From Podarcis tiliguerta (Eukaryota), in NCBI GenBank assembly GCA_965153285.1, contig OZ229116.1: DNA of 64,000 nucleotides; one strand, written 5' to 3'. The position numbers and the translations under genes are program-made. This document shows, piece after piece, positions 62,040-64,000 of the stretch. Numbering within the stretch: position 1 is the first letter of the stretch; every line of letters starts with the position of its first letter. The notes under the pieces are model-generated. The model saw nothing but the letters and a program-made list of their open reading frames with translations. It did not search any database and was not told where the DNA came from.

Positions 62040-63550
62040 GTGTCTGACTGGCACTGGCCAGGAAAGAGATCTTGCAGTCATGATTGACAGCTCAATGAAA
62101 ACAGAAACTTTATGTGTGGCTGGGGTTAAAAACAGTAAGGCAGATTCCATGCTAGAATTAGGAAAGGGATTGAAAATAAATCTATAACAGGGCAATGTCT
62201 GGAATATCAGTCAACCCTAATCCATCATAAAGAAGGAATAAGGTTCAGGAAAAACATATCCAAGTCTCAAATGGTACACCAACTAATACTTTTTATTTTA
62301 GAGGAAAAGATGATCCAAGGTAGGCATGACAGAAGTTTACAAAATCATGTAAGATGTTAAAAAAAAAAAAAGGAGGTACAGTGGTACCTCGGTTTACGAA
62401 CTTAAAACTGTTTGGGAAGTCTGTTCTTAAACCAAAGCTATTCTTAAACCGAGGCACGCTTTCCCTAACGAGGCCTCCCGCCGCCAGTGCCCTTCCACCG
62501 TTCGGCTTCCGTTCTTAGACCGAGGTAAAGTTTGCTAACCGGAACACTACTTCCGGTTTTATGGAGTTTGTATGCCAAATAGTTTGTAAACAGGGCTGTT
62601 CTTTAACCGATGTACCACTGTAAAGCTATTTTTTTCTCCCTCTCCCATAATGCTGAAACTCAGGCTTGCCCATGCAATAGCTTGAAGAAGGTGGAGGAAG
62701 GGATACTTTTTAAACAATTCATAATTTATGAAATAATGAAATTTATGATATTTGCTGCCAGATGTGGTATTGGCCACTGGAAACTGGGTTATACTTAAGG
62801 AGACAGTGCACAGTTAATTCACAGAGGCTAAATTAGCTTAAATAGAAAGGACAGTGACTAGATTGCACAGGTGTTGGCAGATGTGCAATGGAAGCCATTT
62901 TACATAAACTACAGGATTATATTTACTGCAGTTAAGGGTGACCAGCGAGGGAGCCAAGCTTGCTAATGATACCAAATTGTTCAAGGATGTTAAAACAAAA
63001 AGGGATTGCGAGGAGCTTGTAAAGGATCTCTCCAGATTAGGCAAATGGGGAAATGGCAAATACAATTCAATTTAAGCAAGTACAAAGTGAGGCACATTGG
63101 GGAAAACAATCCTAATTTCACATATATACCAATGGAGATGAACTGGCAATGAGTCACCAGAAAATGTACCTTGAGATTGTGGAGGATAGCTTGATGATGA
63201 TGTCAACCCATTATGCAGCAGCTGTAACAAAGACAAATACCAGATTAAAGATCATTAGGTAAGGGATTGAAAATAATACTGTCAATATCTTAATACTATT
63301 ATATACATCCATGGCTATACTGTGTACAGTGTACTGCAATGGTCACCTTATCGCAAAAAAAAGGTACTGTAGAGCTGGAAAAGTTGTAGAAAAGGGCAAC
63401 TAAAATGAACAAGAGTTTGGAGCAACTCTCAAATGTGCAAAAATTACATTTGGGGCATTTTAGTTTGGAAAAAATGCAAGTAAGAGAGGACAGCATAGAG
63501 CCATACAAAATGATGCATTTTGTGGAGAAAGTGGATGGAAAGAAGTAAGT
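62040..63550 (+). mobile_element. CR1 LINE fragments
   Basis: QERDL.V (about 62060); LANDTKLF..DC..L.KDL (62958-63030); K.KV.HIG motifs. Confidence 0.7.
62379..62620 (+). mobile_element. Tc1/mariner (Tigger-like) MITE nested in CR1
   Basis: TIRs CAGTGGTACCTCGGTT / AACCGATGTACCACTG; TA TSDs. Confidence 0.85.
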
Positions 63551-64000
63551 TTTACTTTTAAAAAAATACAATTTCAAAAGCCTTCTTGGAGTTGAAAGAG
63601 AGGGAGCAAAGCAGCTCCAGAGAGAGGGAGTCTATGCTCCACAACACATGTCACCTTCCCTTTCCCACATTCTCACCAACTTCAGCTCAGCTGTGAATCA
63701 GAACTGCTCCAGATGATCTTAGTGGGCAGGGAGAATTGTATGGAAGTACCTATGTGTTCCATACTTCCCAAACTGAATAGACCCTTACATGTAATAACCA
63801 GCATTTGGGGCTTGCAAACGAGCCTGGCAGCAGGACTCTACACCTGATGTAGTCTCCAAACATTCTTCAAAGGCAACTCCAGGTGAAGTAGGCATGCGCA
63901 GCAGCTCCATACAAAATCTGAGGCACAGGGCCAATTGGGGGTGATCTGTACTGTAGCACCCTGCTTGTGGTTAACGCTTAGCTGGAATGAAATATTCAAC

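Noticed and set aside
1831-63550. Strand bias of LINEs relative to Pcdha transcription
   Set aside because: Roughly equal numbers on each strand.
58210-64000. V8 being the first gene of the cluster
   Set aside because: The 5.8-kb gap is within the 2.4-9 kb range of inter-exon spacers here, so this cannot be decided.

Overview
Vertebrate genomic DNA, most likely from a squamate reptile and probably a lacertid-type lizard (inferred from BovB/RTE, CR1, L2, Squam-like SINE and CAGTGGTACCTC-type MITEs). The window holds part of the clustered protocadherin-alpha (Pcdha) locus on the minus strand. There are eight intact tandem variable exons of about 2.36-2.37 kb, labelled here V1-V8 by increasing coordinate (transcriptional order V8 to V1). 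Each encodes a signal peptide, six cadherin repeats, a TM helix and a variable cytoplasmic segment. Each ends at a phase-0 GT splice donor, and each has its own CSE/CTCF promoter motif about 180-260 bp upstream of the ATG. The shared constant exons are not in the window; they are expected beyond the low-coordinate end. The spacers are filled with nested transposon remnants. No wholly new system could be demonstrated. The most notable observations are: (1) a young Penelope-like insertion with an intact hammerhead-type ribozyme antisense to Pcdha and a core-mutated inverted copy on the sense strand; (2) CpG-free versions of the promoter CTCF site at V4 and V7; (3) a second purine-rich motif at near-fixed spacing in all eight promoters; (4) sharply bounded gene-conversion mosaics (V5/V6, V5/V8, V4/V7); (5) lineage-specific protein features (EC5 Cys/Trp, no RGD, variable juxtamembrane and exon-terminal cysteines).
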